A DNA stretch of 64,000 nucleotides from Bdellovibrionales bacterium (GCA_965217115.1 OZ244239.1:1856001-1920000); one strand, 5' to 3'. Numbered from the stretch's first letter, positions 32,032 through 42,055 are shown. Notes: a model not told the origin generated them from the sequence alone. Numbers and translations are program-made.

Positions 32032-34446
32032 GTGGAGACAGACTTAAAATCAGACGCTTCTAAAAATGTGAATGGAGAGGTTAAGAAGCTATCTAAAAGC
32101 AGTCCCGTGCCTCAAAGGGGAGTGTTTACCGAAGAGGCGAGAAAGAAGAGATTGTCTTTTTTAACAAATCAAACAGGCTGTGATTTGAGTTCCCTGGAGG
32201 AGATGAAACTTTTCCCAGAAGATCTTGCGGGAAACATAGAGTGTCTTGCTGGAGCAGTCGAGGTTCCTATTGGTATTGGTGGCCCACTTTTTATCCAGGG
32301 GCAGGGCTGGAATGAAAATATTTATGCCCCTATTGCAACAACAGAAGGTGCCCTTATCTCCTCGGTGAATCGCGGAACAAGAGCTTTGAATATGAGTGGT
32401 GGTGTGACCTCTCGAGTTTTGCGCCGTCGTATGAGTCGAGCACCTATTTTTGATTGTGGCTCTTTTATCCTGGCAATGAAATTAAAATCTTGGTTGCAGG
32501 ATCACTTTGCCCAGTTACAAAATAAAATTAAGGAGTATTCCAATCATGGGACTCTGGTGGAGCTTGAATTTCGCCATGGAGGCCCTTGTCTACACGTTGT
32601 TTTCTTATATGAAACAGGAGATGCGGCTGGGCAGAACATGACGACGGTTTGCACATGGCAGGCGAGTCAATGGATTCTGGCTCGCTACCAAGCTGAGACG
32701 GGTGAGAAAATCATAGATTTTATGCTCGAAGCTAATATGAGTACGGATAAGAAAGCTTCGGTTCACTCCGCCTTGCAAGGCCGTGGGCGTGAAGCTATAG
32801 CGGAGGTCTTAATTCCTGAGAAAGTTTTCTGTAGGGTGTTTCGTACAACTCCTGATCTCATTGTTAAAATGATGGCCCAGGCCCAGGCGGGACAAATATT
32901 TACAGGAATGCAGGGGTTTAATATCAATGTGGCAAATATTATTGCGGGTCTTTTTACATCGACAGGTCAAGATATCGCCTGTGTCCATGAGTCGAGCATT
33001 GGGCAGTTTTATGTTGAAAAGAGAGACGAGGGTATTTATGCCAGTATGCATCTCCCTAATTTGGTGATTGGAACAGTTGGCGGCGGTGTGGGACTTCGGG
33101 TGCAACGGCAGATGCTTGAACTGATGGGTTGCTTTGGAAATGGAGGCGCAGATCGTTTAGCGGAAATTATCGCGAGCTATTGTTTGGCTTTAGACCTCTC
33201 AACGGCGACGTCTCTATTGAACGGACGTTTTGTGGGAGCCCATGAACGCTGGGGAAGGAATCGCACAAAAAATTGGTTGAAGAAATCGGAATTGAACACG
33301 GATTTTTTTAGTAACATTCTAAAATCCTCTTGTCTGGAAAAAGGGCCTGTTAAAAGAGTCACGGAGTTGGAGACAGTCAGTGGTGAGAGTTTTGTGATGA
33401 GTTTATCGACTGAAGTGACGAATCGACTTTGCGGACTTTGGATCTACGGCGTTAAATATGAAAATAATAGTTTTGAAGAACCTATATTTGTTAAATCAAA
33501 AGTGAAGGATGATGAACTTTTGCAGGCAACAGAGATGATGGCCCACCTTTGTGATAATGAGTTAGGAAAAAAAGTTGAGAGATTTCGGGCGTATAATCTC
33601 TTTAATAAATGTCATATTAAAGAATTGGAACTAGCTAGGTACGAGAGTGAATCTCTCAATGGAATTCGCCCTAAGACTTTGGGAGTTGAGTTACAAGAAG
33701 AGCGAGAGACCTATGTGTTAGTTCAAGAAATGATTCAAGGGGCTGAGTTATTAGATTGTGTCGATGAGAGAGAGGCTTGGTTAGAAGAGCACCTTAAAGA
33801 GGCTATTCGAGGAATATCCTGTGTCCATGGTGAGTACTTGGAGGCAACACAGGAGTTCATTACAAAAGAGTGGTTTGGGGTTATTCCATCGCGAGACTCA
33901 ATGGTTGAGATGACTCCCTTGTGGAAGGAACTGATCTCTTATATGAAAGAAGAATTCTGCGATTGGTTATCGCCTGAGATGGCTGTGAAGCATCAAAGCA
34001 TTATTGACTCGATCTCCACTTGGTGGGGAGAAATAGAATCAATGCCTAAGACATTGATTCACCACGATTTTAATTCTCGCAATATCACGTTTCAGCGTCG
34101 AGATGGAAAATTAAATTTATTGGCCTACGACTGGGAGTTGGCAACAGTTCATATCCCCCAAAGGGATGTGGTAGAGCTTCTGTGTTTTACATTGAATGGG
34201 GATTTTGATGTTTCTTTAGTTGATCAATTGATAGAATTTCATCGCCTGAATGTGGAAAGAGAGAGTGGGAAAAAAATCTGTTCTAAAAAATGGAGGCAAG
34301 GTTTTCTCTACTCGGCCTATGATTTTTTAATTTATCGCCTATCTCTTTATAGCATTGCCCATCGACACAGGGCTTGCTCGTTTTTAGAGCCATCTTATTG
34401 TACGACAATGAAATTGATTAACTTTTTGGAAATAGACGTAAAATGA
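32032..34446 (+). CDS. class I HMG-CoA reductase-like domain fused to an APH/choline-kinase-like phosphotransferase
   Basis: PIATTEGAL, TGDAAGQNM, GTVGGG; C-terminal HHDFNSRNI...DWELA. Confidence 0.85.
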   Translation: METDLKSDASKNVNGEVKKLSKSSPVPQRGVFTEEARKKRLSFLTNQTGCDLSSLEEMKLFPEDLAGNIECLAGAVEVPIGIGGPLFIQGQGWNENIYAPIATTEGALISSVNRGTRALNMSGGVTSRVLRRRMSRAPIFDCGSFILAMKLKSWLQDHFAQLQNKIKEYSNHGTLVELEFRHGGPCLHVVFLYETGDAAGQNMTTVCTWQASQWILARYQAETGEKIIDFMLEANMSTDKKASVHSALQGRGREAIAEVLIPEKVFCRVFRTTPDLIVKMMAQAQAGQIFTGMQGFNINVANIIAGLFTSTGQDIACVHESSIGQFYVEKRDEGIYASMHLPNLVIGTVGGGVGLRVQRQMLELMGCFGNGGADRLAEIIASYCLALDLSTATSLLNGRFVGAHERWGRNRTKNWLKKSELNTDFFSNILKSSCLEKGPVKRVTELETVSGESFVMSLSTEVTNRLCGLWIYGVKYENNSFEEPIFVKSKVKDDELLQATEMMAHLCDNELGKKVERFRAYNLFNKCHIKELELARYESESLNGIRPKTLGVELQEERETYVLVQEMIQGAELLDCVDEREAWLEEHLKEAIRGISCVHGEYLEATQEFITKEWFGVIPSRDSMVEMTPLWKELISYMKEEFCDWLSPEMAVKHQSIIDSISTWWGEIESMPKTLIHHDFNSRNITFQRRDGKLNLLAYDWELATVHIPQRDVVELLCFTLNGDFDVSLVDQLIEFHRLNVERESGKKICSKKWRQGFLYSAYDFLIYRLSLYSIAHRHRACSFLEPSYCTTMKLINFLEIDVK

Positions 34447-37064
34447 TTTTACAATCCTACAGAGATAAAGACACAGAGGTTGTAAATGAAGTGGGAGGCA
34501 AGGCAGCTAATTTAGCATGGCTGTCTGCCCGAGGATATCACGTCCCTAAATGGCGAGTGATACCAGCTAATTATTTCTTAGTAGATAAATCGAGCGAGAA
34601 ATCATTGGAGATAAATTCTGAAATTAAGGAATGGATGGATGGCTGTGGGTTGGACTCTATTGCTGTTCGTTCCTCTATGGTGGGAGAGGATAGCCGAGCT
34701 TGCTCTTTTGCGGGGCAGTTGAAATCTTACATGAATCTTAAAAATGCTGAGACCATTGAAAAAAAAATTGATGATTGTTATTTTAGCGCGTTCTCGGATT
34801 TGAATAAAAACTATCTAAAGAGACAGGAAATGAAGTCTGACTCTATTCGCATGTCAGTGATTCTCCAAGAGATGATTGAAGGTGAAAAATCAGGAGTTCT
34901 TTTTACGACAAATCCTGTCAACGGTTGTCGTGCAGAGTATGTGATTTCAGCAGGGTTTGGCTTAGGTGAAGGAATTGTCAGTGGTCAAGTTGATTGTGAT
35001 GAGTGGACTCTAAGCGCCTTAGATGGACAAGTGTTGAAATCAGAAATAACGACTAAGAAAAAAATAGTTAAGGCTGCAAGGGAAGGCATAGAGACAGAAG
35101 ATTTATCGACGGAACAGAGTTTGAGCCATGTTTTAAGCTCAGAGGAATTAGAAAAACTGTACCGCTTGGGAAAGAGTATAACCAAACAGAAGGGATACCC
35201 ACAAGATATCGAGTGGACGATAAAGGGCGAGAACCTGTACGTTTTGCAAACTCGTGATGTCGTGTCTCTAGCTGATGAAACTCCTGTAGGTGAGCCGTAT
35301 GTTTTTAATAACTCAAACATTCAAGAGAGCTTTTGTGGTTTAACGTCTCCGTTGACTTTTAGCTTTGCCCGAGAAGCTTACCATCAGGTGTATTCTCAAT
35401 TGATGGAGATTATGGGTTTTTCTCGTTTACAGGTTATGCAAGAAGATCGTCGCCATAGTCAGATGTTGGCTTTGGTTCGAGGACGGGTGTACTACAATAT
35501 CAATAGCTGGTATCGTGGTTTGTTGCTCTTGCCCTCTTTTGGACGGAATAAGAGAGATATGGAAAAAATGATGGGCATTGAAGAGCCCATTGATTTTGTT
35601 GTGGATTTAGAGTTGGGTTTTCTAGATAAAATCAAAAAAATCCCGCAGGTGCTTTTTTTGCTGATTCGGGTAGGAATCAAAATGGCTTTTATGCCGAAAC
35701 TTTTTTCACGCTTCCGTGCGCGCTTTTACACTGACTTAGAAGCTTTTAAGAAGGGTGGACTTTTTGGCCGCTCGGCAGAAGAGCTACAGGGAATTATAAA
35801 TGAAGCCAAAGAGTCTTTTCTAAAATCATGGGATGCTCCTGTGATTAATGATTTTTGCGTTATGATGTCCAGCGGTAAGGTGAGGCGTGAGTTAGAAAAG
35901 TTAGAGTCTGAAGAGCTCTATGGCGATGTTCTGGCAGGAGAAGATTTAGAGAGTGTAAACCCAACAAAAGAGTTAATTCGTATAAGTGATTATATTAAGT
36001 CAAAACCTGTTGTGAGATCGGCTTACTTAGAAAATGTAGACAATATGAGTGTTTGTCGATTAGAGAGAATAGATAAGAAATTGGCAGAGATGGTGGCGGG
36101 TTATATTGAAAAATATGGTGATCGAGTGATGGGGGAGCTGAAGTTAGAGTCCCTTTCATTACATGAAGACCCTAGTTTTGTTTTTCAGATAATAGGCTCT
36201 TTTTGTCAGGATGAAAAGTTAAACCTAAAAGACTGGCAATCAAGGGAACAGCAGAGAAGGGCGTCTTCGGAAAAACAGATCCGTCAGAAGATCGGTTTTT
36301 TGAAATGGTATTTTTTCAAGAAAAAATTAAATCAGTTAAGGCAGAGTGTTCGTTTTCGAGAGGCGATGCGTTTGGATCGAACACGGTCTTTTGGGTTTTT
36401 CCGTCAGGCTTATCGCGCTATGGGGTACGCTTTATTGAATCGTGGCTGTTTAGAGAAGTTAGAAGATATTTTTTATTTATCCACTGAAGAGATAGAGAGT
36501 TTTCTCTGTGGCCAAGCCTTCTTTGATAATCCAAAGAACTTGGTTCAACTACGAAAAGATCAGTATAAAAAGTGGGAAGAAGAGGATGCCCCCTGTCAGT
36601 TAGAGGGATGGGCGCCATTTTCCATGGAAAACTCTACAGAGAATCCATTGAATCCGTCATTACTGGATTCAGTGGAGTCGGAGGGTTTTCAGGGAGAAAA
36701 TTATTTCAAAGGCCTTGGTTGTTTTCCTGGGGTTGTTGAGGGGGAAGTGGTTGTTGTTCAAAATCCTCAACAGGCTCAAAATTTAAAAGGAAAAATTCTT
36801 TGTGCTGTGAGAACAGATCCAGGATGGACGCCTCTCTTTGTACAGATTAAGGGTCTATTAGTTGAGAGGGGTTCGAGTCTTTCACACTCGGCGATTGTTG
36901 CCCGTGAAATGGGTATCCCGACTGTTGTGGGAATTGCTAATTTAACAAAAATATTAAAGACAGGTGACCGTGTAAAGTTAGACGGTGCCCATGGTTTAGT
37001 TATAAAGGATGAAAGTGATGATGTTAGAACCTCGTCAAATCACAAAAACGAAACCACCCTATGA
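34443..37064 (+). CDS. PEP/pyruvate-binding phosphotransferase (rifampin-phosphotransferase-like architecture)
   Basis: GGKAANL, VRSS..GED...SFAGQ, DIEW, LQTR; C-terminal TDPGWTP...SHSAIVAREMGIP phospho-His domain. Confidence 0.85.
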   Translation: MILQSYRDKDTEVVNEVGGKAANLAWLSARGYHVPKWRVIPANYFLVDKSSEKSLEINSEIKEWMDGCGLDSIAVRSSMVGEDSRACSFAGQLKSYMNLKNAETIEKKIDDCYFSAFSDLNKNYLKRQEMKSDSIRMSVILQEMIEGEKSGVLFTTNPVNGCRAEYVISAGFGLGEGIVSGQVDCDEWTLSALDGQVLKSEITTKKKIVKAAREGIETEDLSTEQSLSHVLSSEELEKLYRLGKSITKQKGYPQDIEWTIKGENLYVLQTRDVVSLADETPVGEPYVFNNSNIQESFCGLTSPLTFSFAREAYHQVYSQLMEIMGFSRLQVMQEDRRHSQMLALVRGRVYYNINSWYRGLLLLPSFGRNKRDMEKMMGIEEPIDFVVDLELGFLDKIKKIPQVLFLLIRVGIKMAFMPKLFSRFRARFYTDLEAFKKGGLFGRSAEELQGIINEAKESFLKSWDAPVINDFCVMMSSGKVRRELEKLESEELYGDVLAGEDLESVNPTKELIRISDYIKSKPVVRSAYLENVDNMSVCRLERIDKKLAEMVAGYIEKYGDRVMGELKLESLSLHEDPSFVFQIIGSFCQDEKLNLKDWQSREQQRRASSEKQIRQKIGFLKWYFFKKKLNQLRQSVRFREAMRLDRTRSFGFFRQAYRAMGYALLNRGCLEKLEDIFYLSTEEIESFLCGQAFFDNPKNLVQLRKDQYKKWEEEDAPCQLEGWAPFSMENSTENPLNPSLLDSVESEGFQGENYFKGLGCFPGVVEGEVVVVQNPQQAQNLKGKILCAVRTDPGWTPLFVQIKGLLVERGSSLSHSAIVAREMGIPTVVGIANLTKILKTGDRVKLDGAHGLVIKDESDDVRTSSNHKNETTL

Positions 37065-39189
37065 GTTTGTAACAGATGAAACAGTTACAAACGGGATTAT
37101 TCCAGAGGAGAGTATTGCCTATCCTCTGTGGAAGGATCGTTTTTCTGAAGAAGATCGATTTTTCTTAGTTGCGGGTGGGCGGAGATCTTTGGCTCTGAGT
37201 CCGAAGCAAATATGGAGAGGAGCTTGCCGTTGGGCACAGCTCTTAGAGGCACAAACAGAGATGGGCGATAGAGTGTTAATTTCATTGGAAAATGGAAGAC
37301 ATTTTATTGAGATTTTCTTTGCATGCGTTCTCTCGGGAAGAATTGCGGTTCCTTTGGTTCATCATTTATTACTGGCAAAAAAAGAGTTCTACGATCTAAT
37401 ATTAGGAGTCCAGGGGGTTGTTGCAGGGAAGTTGATTGTTTCTGATCTATCAGCTTTTGAGTTTATTGATGGGACTCCATTGATTCATGTGGAAAAGCAG
37501 AAGCTCCCCTCTTTTGAAGAGCCCAAACAATGGAGAGGGCAGAACTCGCCTGAGGATCTGGCATTTATTCAATTTTCATCAGGAAGTACGTTACAACCCA
37601 AGGGAGTGATGCTTAGTCATCGAGCGGTTACTGAGAATATTCGACAGATCATAAAGGGGCTAGATGCAAGGCCTGATGATAAACTGGCGACATGGCTTCC
37701 TTTTTACCATGATATGGGGCTTATTGGTGGACTCTTAACTCCTATAACATATGGGAGTCCTGTTTTTCTTGCTGCCCCGACGGAGTTTATTCGATCACCA
37801 GAAGATTGGATGAGGCTAGTGAGTCAGGAGAGATGCACGGTTATCATGGGGCCTGACTTTTATTATCGGCAACTTGTTAAAAGAGTGTCCCAGCATTGCT
37901 TAGATGAAATTGATCTCTCTTGCGTGCGTGTTGCTATGTCAGGTGCTGAGCCTGTGAGTGCAAAGAACTGTCGAAATTTTCTTAGTTATTATTCCAAAAC
38001 AGGGCTAAAGAGTCATGTGATACTTCCTGTTTATGGCTTGGCTGAAAATTGTTTGGCTGTGACTTTTCCGAAGGTTGATGAAGAACTTCGAACCCTTCGC
38101 TTGAGTTCAGAATCCCTTATAAGGGGTCGAGGAACGAATCATTTTGTCGTTTTAAGTTCAGATATGAATAACTCCATTGAGATTGTGTCGTGTGGAAGAC
38201 CATTGCCTGGTGTTGAGGTGAGTATTGTAGATAGGGAAGGTCATTTATTAGTAGAGAGGCAATTAGGGGAAATTGTATTAGATTCTCAGAGCGCTGCCAG
38301 TGGGTATTATGGGCAGTCAATGGAGGGTGAGAGTTCTCTGTGTGATAATAGGATTGTGACAGGTGATCTTGGTTTTATGGACAGAGGAGAGCTTTTCATT
38401 GTCGGTCGAGTTAAAGATCAAATTATTTTAAATGGAAAAAACTTTGCCCCGATAGACTTTGAACGTCACCTTGTCGAATTAGATAAATCAGGATTTGGAA
38501 GAGTGGTTGCTGTGGGTTCTTCTTTGCAGGCAGGTGAAGAAGAGCGGGTAGTGATTCTTGTAGAGATGAAATCTCTTAACCCTTGGTTTCGTTTGCGAAT
38601 GAAGAGAAGGGCTAAAGAGGTCTTGAGAACCGTCGGGAACGGGACTCCCTGTGTGTATATTGTTCCATCAGGGGTGTTGCCGAGAACATCTAGTGGCAAA
38701 ATTAAGAGGTACAAGATTAAGGAGAGCATTCCCAGGGGGACCTATAGGTTTTATGACAGGTTTTTTGTATTAACTTGGTTGTTTACAAAGTTTAATCATT
38801 TGCCAGTGTATTTTCGTGTGTGGCAACGGTTGTCATCTCGACAGAATAGGAAATATTCTATGGAGCACTTAAAAAACTATTTTAAAAAATCAACCCGTGT
38901 AGAAGTAACGGGCAATGTGAACGAAAAAGAAGCTCTAGAGGTTTTTTTCCGCAATGAACTCGCCTCAGTGCTAAAGGTGAGGGCGTCTAAAATTCGACTT
39001 AAGCGTTCTTTTATAGATTATGATTTAGATTCTGTTGATGTTGTGGGCTTGAATGCTCGTTTAAAGGAGACTATTGTGAATATTCCTCTAGCGAGTTTCA
39101 TCCAATTTCAATCAGCAGAGGAGTTAATTAAATACCTGCTGAAGGAGTATAAAGATGAAGTTAGATGTTGGTATCAACGGAGAGCGTAA
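37009..39189 (+). CDS. fatty acyl-AMP ligase with C-terminal acyl carrier domain
   Basis: FIQFSSGSTLQPKGV, WLPFYHDMGLIG, YGLAE, PRTSSGK; ACP-like DYDLDSVDVV. Confidence 0.85.
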   Translation: MKVMMLEPRQITKTKPPYEFVTDETVTNGIIPEESIAYPLWKDRFSEEDRFFLVAGGRRSLALSPKQIWRGACRWAQLLEAQTEMGDRVLISLENGRHFIEIFFACVLSGRIAVPLVHHLLLAKKEFYDLILGVQGVVAGKLIVSDLSAFEFIDGTPLIHVEKQKLPSFEEPKQWRGQNSPEDLAFIQFSSGSTLQPKGVMLSHRAVTENIRQIIKGLDARPDDKLATWLPFYHDMGLIGGLLTPITYGSPVFLAAPTEFIRSPEDWMRLVSQERCTVIMGPDFYYRQLVKRVSQHCLDEIDLSCVRVAMSGAEPVSAKNCRNFLSYYSKTGLKSHVILPVYGLAENCLAVTFPKVDEELRTLRLSSESLIRGRGTNHFVVLSSDMNNSIEIVSCGRPLPGVEVSIVDREGHLLVERQLGEIVLDSQSAASGYYGQSMEGESSLCDNRIVTGDLGFMDRGELFIVGRVKDQIILNGKNFAPIDFERHLVELDKSGFGRVVAVGSSLQAGEEERVVILVEMKSLNPWFRLRMKRRAKEVLRTVGNGTPCVYIVPSGVLPRTSSGKIKRYKIKESIPRGTYRFYDRFFVLTWLFTKFNHLPVYFRVWQRLSSRQNRKYSMEHLKNYFKKSTRVEVTGNVNEKEALEVFFRNELASVLKVRASKIRLKRSFIDYDLDSVDVVGLNARLKETIVNIPLASFIQFQSAEELIKYLLKEYKDEVRCWYQRRA

Positions 39190-40120
39190 GAGAAAAGTTT
39201 TTTCTTTTTCATTAGAAGAACTGAATTATCGATCTGAGCATGAGTCCTTCGATTTAAAGAATATACAGTTTCAAGGAAGACCATCTCCTGATATTCCATG
39301 GATGCCTAATGATATGTTGCCAGTGTCGTATTTACCGGCTTTCAAGTTGTTGTCTGCTGAATTGAAAATGGTGTTTAATCAGGCTTATGCCCAAGCCATT
39401 TGTGAACAGTTTATATGGTTTGAGCAAGTTCTATTATGTAGCATTTTGAAAAAAACTCTTGATAAAAAACAATTACCTGCTGACTTAAGAACGTGTTTAC
39501 AGCATTTTTTTGACGAAGAGGATAAACATTCAGAACTTTTTTGGCGTGTATTAGAGTATTCTAATCCTGAGAGATATTTTGAGAGAAAGTTTTTTTATTA
39601 TCAGGCTAATATTGTGCAGACGAGCTTTATTAAGATGATAGCTAGCTATCCAGATAACTTTTTAGTTTGGATATGGTTGGCTATTTTCTTTGAAGAGAGA
39701 ACCATTGAGTTCAGTCGTAAGTATAAAGCTGTTGAAAAAACATTGGAACCCGTGTTTTCTCGGGCTCATTATTTACATCTCTTGGATGAATCTCGTCATG
39801 TCCAAATTGATCAGTACCTATTGGAGCAATTTTATAACAAAGCCTCTAAAAACAAACGTCGAGTCGCTTCTTGGATGTTAGAGTCAGTTTTAAAAGCCTA
39901 TATTTCTCCCCGGCGGGTGGCTTGCAATATTGTGAAGCACCTATCAACTAGATTTCCTGGGGAAAAGAAGGGGCTTGATAGGCTGGCATTGGAGCTGCCT
40001 CTCTTGCGCACCCATAGGGAATTTCAGTCAGCGACTTTTGGGCCAAGAGCTCTGCCGAGAACACACACTCTTTTGCGTAATTATGAAGAGATGTCTGATG
40101 TTCTTCATCTGCTGACCTGA
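39155..40120 (+). CDS. ferritin-like diiron oxygenase (AurF/CmlI-like)
   Basis: FEQ, DEEDKH, FFEE and HLLDESRH carboxylate/His ligand motifs. Confidence 0.78.
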   Translation: MKLDVGINGERKRKVFSFSLEELNYRSEHESFDLKNIQFQGRPSPDIPWMPNDMLPVSYLPAFKLLSAELKMVFNQAYAQAICEQFIWFEQVLLCSILKKTLDKKQLPADLRTCLQHFFDEEDKHSELFWRVLEYSNPERYFERKFFYYQANIVQTSFIKMIASYPDNFLVWIWLAIFFEERTIEFSRKYKAVEKTLEPVFSRAHYLHLLDESRHVQIDQYLLEQFYNKASKNKRRVASWMLESVLKAYISPRRVACNIVKHLSTRFPGEKKGLDRLALELPLLRTHREFQSATFGPRALPRTHTLLRNYEEMSDVLHLLT

Positions 40121-40128
40121 TGTGCCGT

Positions 40129-40280
40129 TTTTTTTCTAGAGTCTCTCCCAAAAGAATCTAGCCCTTTTCTTGCTCAAACATCCGTTTGTCACCTTCCATT
40201 GCAGAGAAATGCAATGGAAGTCGCCAAGCCAAACTCGCCGAAAAGAACTGGATTCTTTTGGGAGAGACTCTAGAAAAAAA
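40129..40280. repeat. long palindromic element (30-bp perfect outer stem, 11-bp inner stem)
   Basis: T7-CTAGAGTCTCTCCCAAAAGAATC and its exact reverse complement; inner CTTCCATTGCA-gagaaa-TGCAATGGAAG. Confidence 0.9.
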
Positions 40281-40583
40281 GGACGTATTCAATCAATTGA
40301 GTCAATGGATCTATCTCTATGACTGACCTCCATGTATAACAACGCTGTTATCCATGGATCGTTTTAGAAAGAGAGCCCTCAAGATGAGTCTCTTGGGAAC
40401 AGTTCCACTATTTATCACAAAGAACCATACTTTAAGCCAGAAAGTAACCAGCTATTTGAAAGGGTAACCCTCAATATGAGGCAATTCGGCGTCATTATAG
40501 TTTCACGGTGAAAGAATATATTTTTAAAGGAATGCCCCCCATATTCCGATGAGTCATAGAGCCTTTAAGGGGGGTATTTTAAT

Positions 40584-40871
40584 ATGGTTTTACAGGGAAA
40601 TTTACAGAATATGTTTGATGCTCTCTATCTCTTAGGAGCTATAGACCCCGTGTTGCAAATGGATTGGATGGAGGCTCTTGATGAGCTTGAGGAACAGTAT
40701 GAGCAACAGGCCCATGTGGAGGAAGTTATTACGGTGGTTTCCGATCACAATGGAGATGTCAATGAGTTGGCAGAGTCTTTGAAAAAATTTGACGACAGAA
40801 CTCTGGCTTATCTAGCGATGGAAGTCGCCAGGGAGTTTGCTAATTTCCATACGCGTGAGTATGTGCATTAA
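40584..40871 (+). CDS. small acidic hypothetical protein
   Basis: 95-aa ORF with AGGGGG RBS. Confidence 0.7.
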   Translation: MVLQGNLQNMFDALYLLGAIDPVLQMDWMEALDELEEQYEQQAHVEEVITVVSDHNGDVNELAESLKKFDDRTLAYLAMEVAREFANFHTREYVH

Positions 40872-40936
40872 AAGAGAGGATGGCAGCAGGATTTTTTTTT
40901 AATATTAACCAACACCCCATTAAAACTGTGTGAACT

Positions 40937-42055
40937 ATGTCTAAAGATCAATTAGGAATTTACAGAGAAGCCATTAAAAGTTTTCTAGCTCCCGTTTGGG
41001 GTTTCATGGAAGACGATAATGTCTCAGAGATTTTAATCAACGGACCTGGCGAGGTCTTTATTGAGATGAATGGCAAATTGAAGAAAGCGGAGGTTTGTTT
41101 TGAGAGTGAAGATGCTTTACGTGCGGCAGTGAACAATATTGCCCAAAGTGTGAATCGTCGTATAGATGATGACAACCCTCGTCTAGACGCAAGATTGCCC
41201 GATGGGTCAAGAATTTCTGTGGTGATACCTCCCTGTTCTTTACAGGGAACAGTCGTGAGTATTCGTAAATTCACACAGACTGATATTTCTTTCCGCGATT
41301 ATATTAAATCTGGTTCGATCACTCAGGAAGGAGCCCAGTTTTTAGATGTGAGTATGTTTTTGGGAAAAAATATCTTAGTCAGCGGTGGTACGGGGTCAGG
41401 AAAGACAACTTTGTTAAGTCTTTTATGCAACCGTATTCCTAAGGGGCAAAGACTCATTGTGATTGAAGATTCGGCTGAGTTGCAGATCAATTATGAGCAT
41501 GTTTTAAAATTTGAAACGCGCATGGCTGATGAGCTGGGCAAGGGCGCGGTGACGATTCGTGATTTGGTAAAGAGCAGTTTGCGTTTGCGACCAGATCGTA
41601 TCATCGTGGGTGAGGTTCGTAGTGCTGAGGCCTTGGATCTTTTGAATGCGATGAACACGGGTCACAAGGGTTGCATGGGAACAGTTCATGCCAATTCTCC
41701 AGAGGATGCGATTGTGAGGTTGGAGGCTCTGGCTCAGGGCGGAGACTCTCAGATCAGTGAGAAAGCTCTGCGTTATCAGGTGGCAGCAGGAATTGAATTA
41801 ATCGTGCAGGTCTCAAGATATTCAGATGGCTCCCGTCGTATTGCTGCGATATCAGAAGTGTTGGGGTTTAACGATGATGGAAATTACCATGTAGAGCCTA
41901 TTTTTATGATGTCTCATTTGGTGCGCGGGACTGATGGAAAGTTGCAAGGACAATTGGAACCCGTGGGAAGATTGCCTTCGTATATGGATGAAATCGAGGA
42001 TAATCGCCTGCCCTTTGGCAGAGAGCTGCTTCTGAAACCGGAAAAAGCCGCCTAG
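40937..42055 (+). CDS. CpaF/TadA family pilus assembly ATPase
   Basis: SGGTGSGKTT, IEDSAEL, LRLRPDRIIVGEVR, AMNTGH. Confidence 0.92.
   Translation: MSKDQLGIYREAIKSFLAPVWGFMEDDNVSEILINGPGEVFIEMNGKLKKAEVCFESEDALRAAVNNIAQSVNRRIDDDNPRLDARLPDGSRISVVIPPCSLQGTVVSIRKFTQTDISFRDYIKSGSITQEGAQFLDVSMFLGKNILVSGGTGSGKTTLLSLLCNRIPKGQRLIVIEDSAELQINYEHVLKFETRMADELGKGAVTIRDLVKSSLRLRPDRIIVGEVRSAEALDLLNAMNTGHKGCMGTVHANSPEDAIVRLEALAQGGDSQISEKALRYQVAAGIELIVQVSRYSDGSRRIAAISEVLGFNDDGNYHVEPIFMMSHLVRGTDGKLQGQLEPVGRLPSYMDEIEDNRLPFGRELLLKPEKAA

Noticed and set aside
34443..37064. Rifampin resistance gene (rph) or housekeeping PEP synthase
   Set aside because: Domain order is RPH-like, but translational coupling to the HMGR-kinase and FAAL genes suggests a biosynthetic role; the substrate cannot be assigned from sequence.
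40329..40420. DnaA-box-like words (TTATCCATG, TGTATAAC) suggesting an origin
   Set aside because: Only partial matches within one small inverted repeat; no box cluster, unwinding element or dnaA context.
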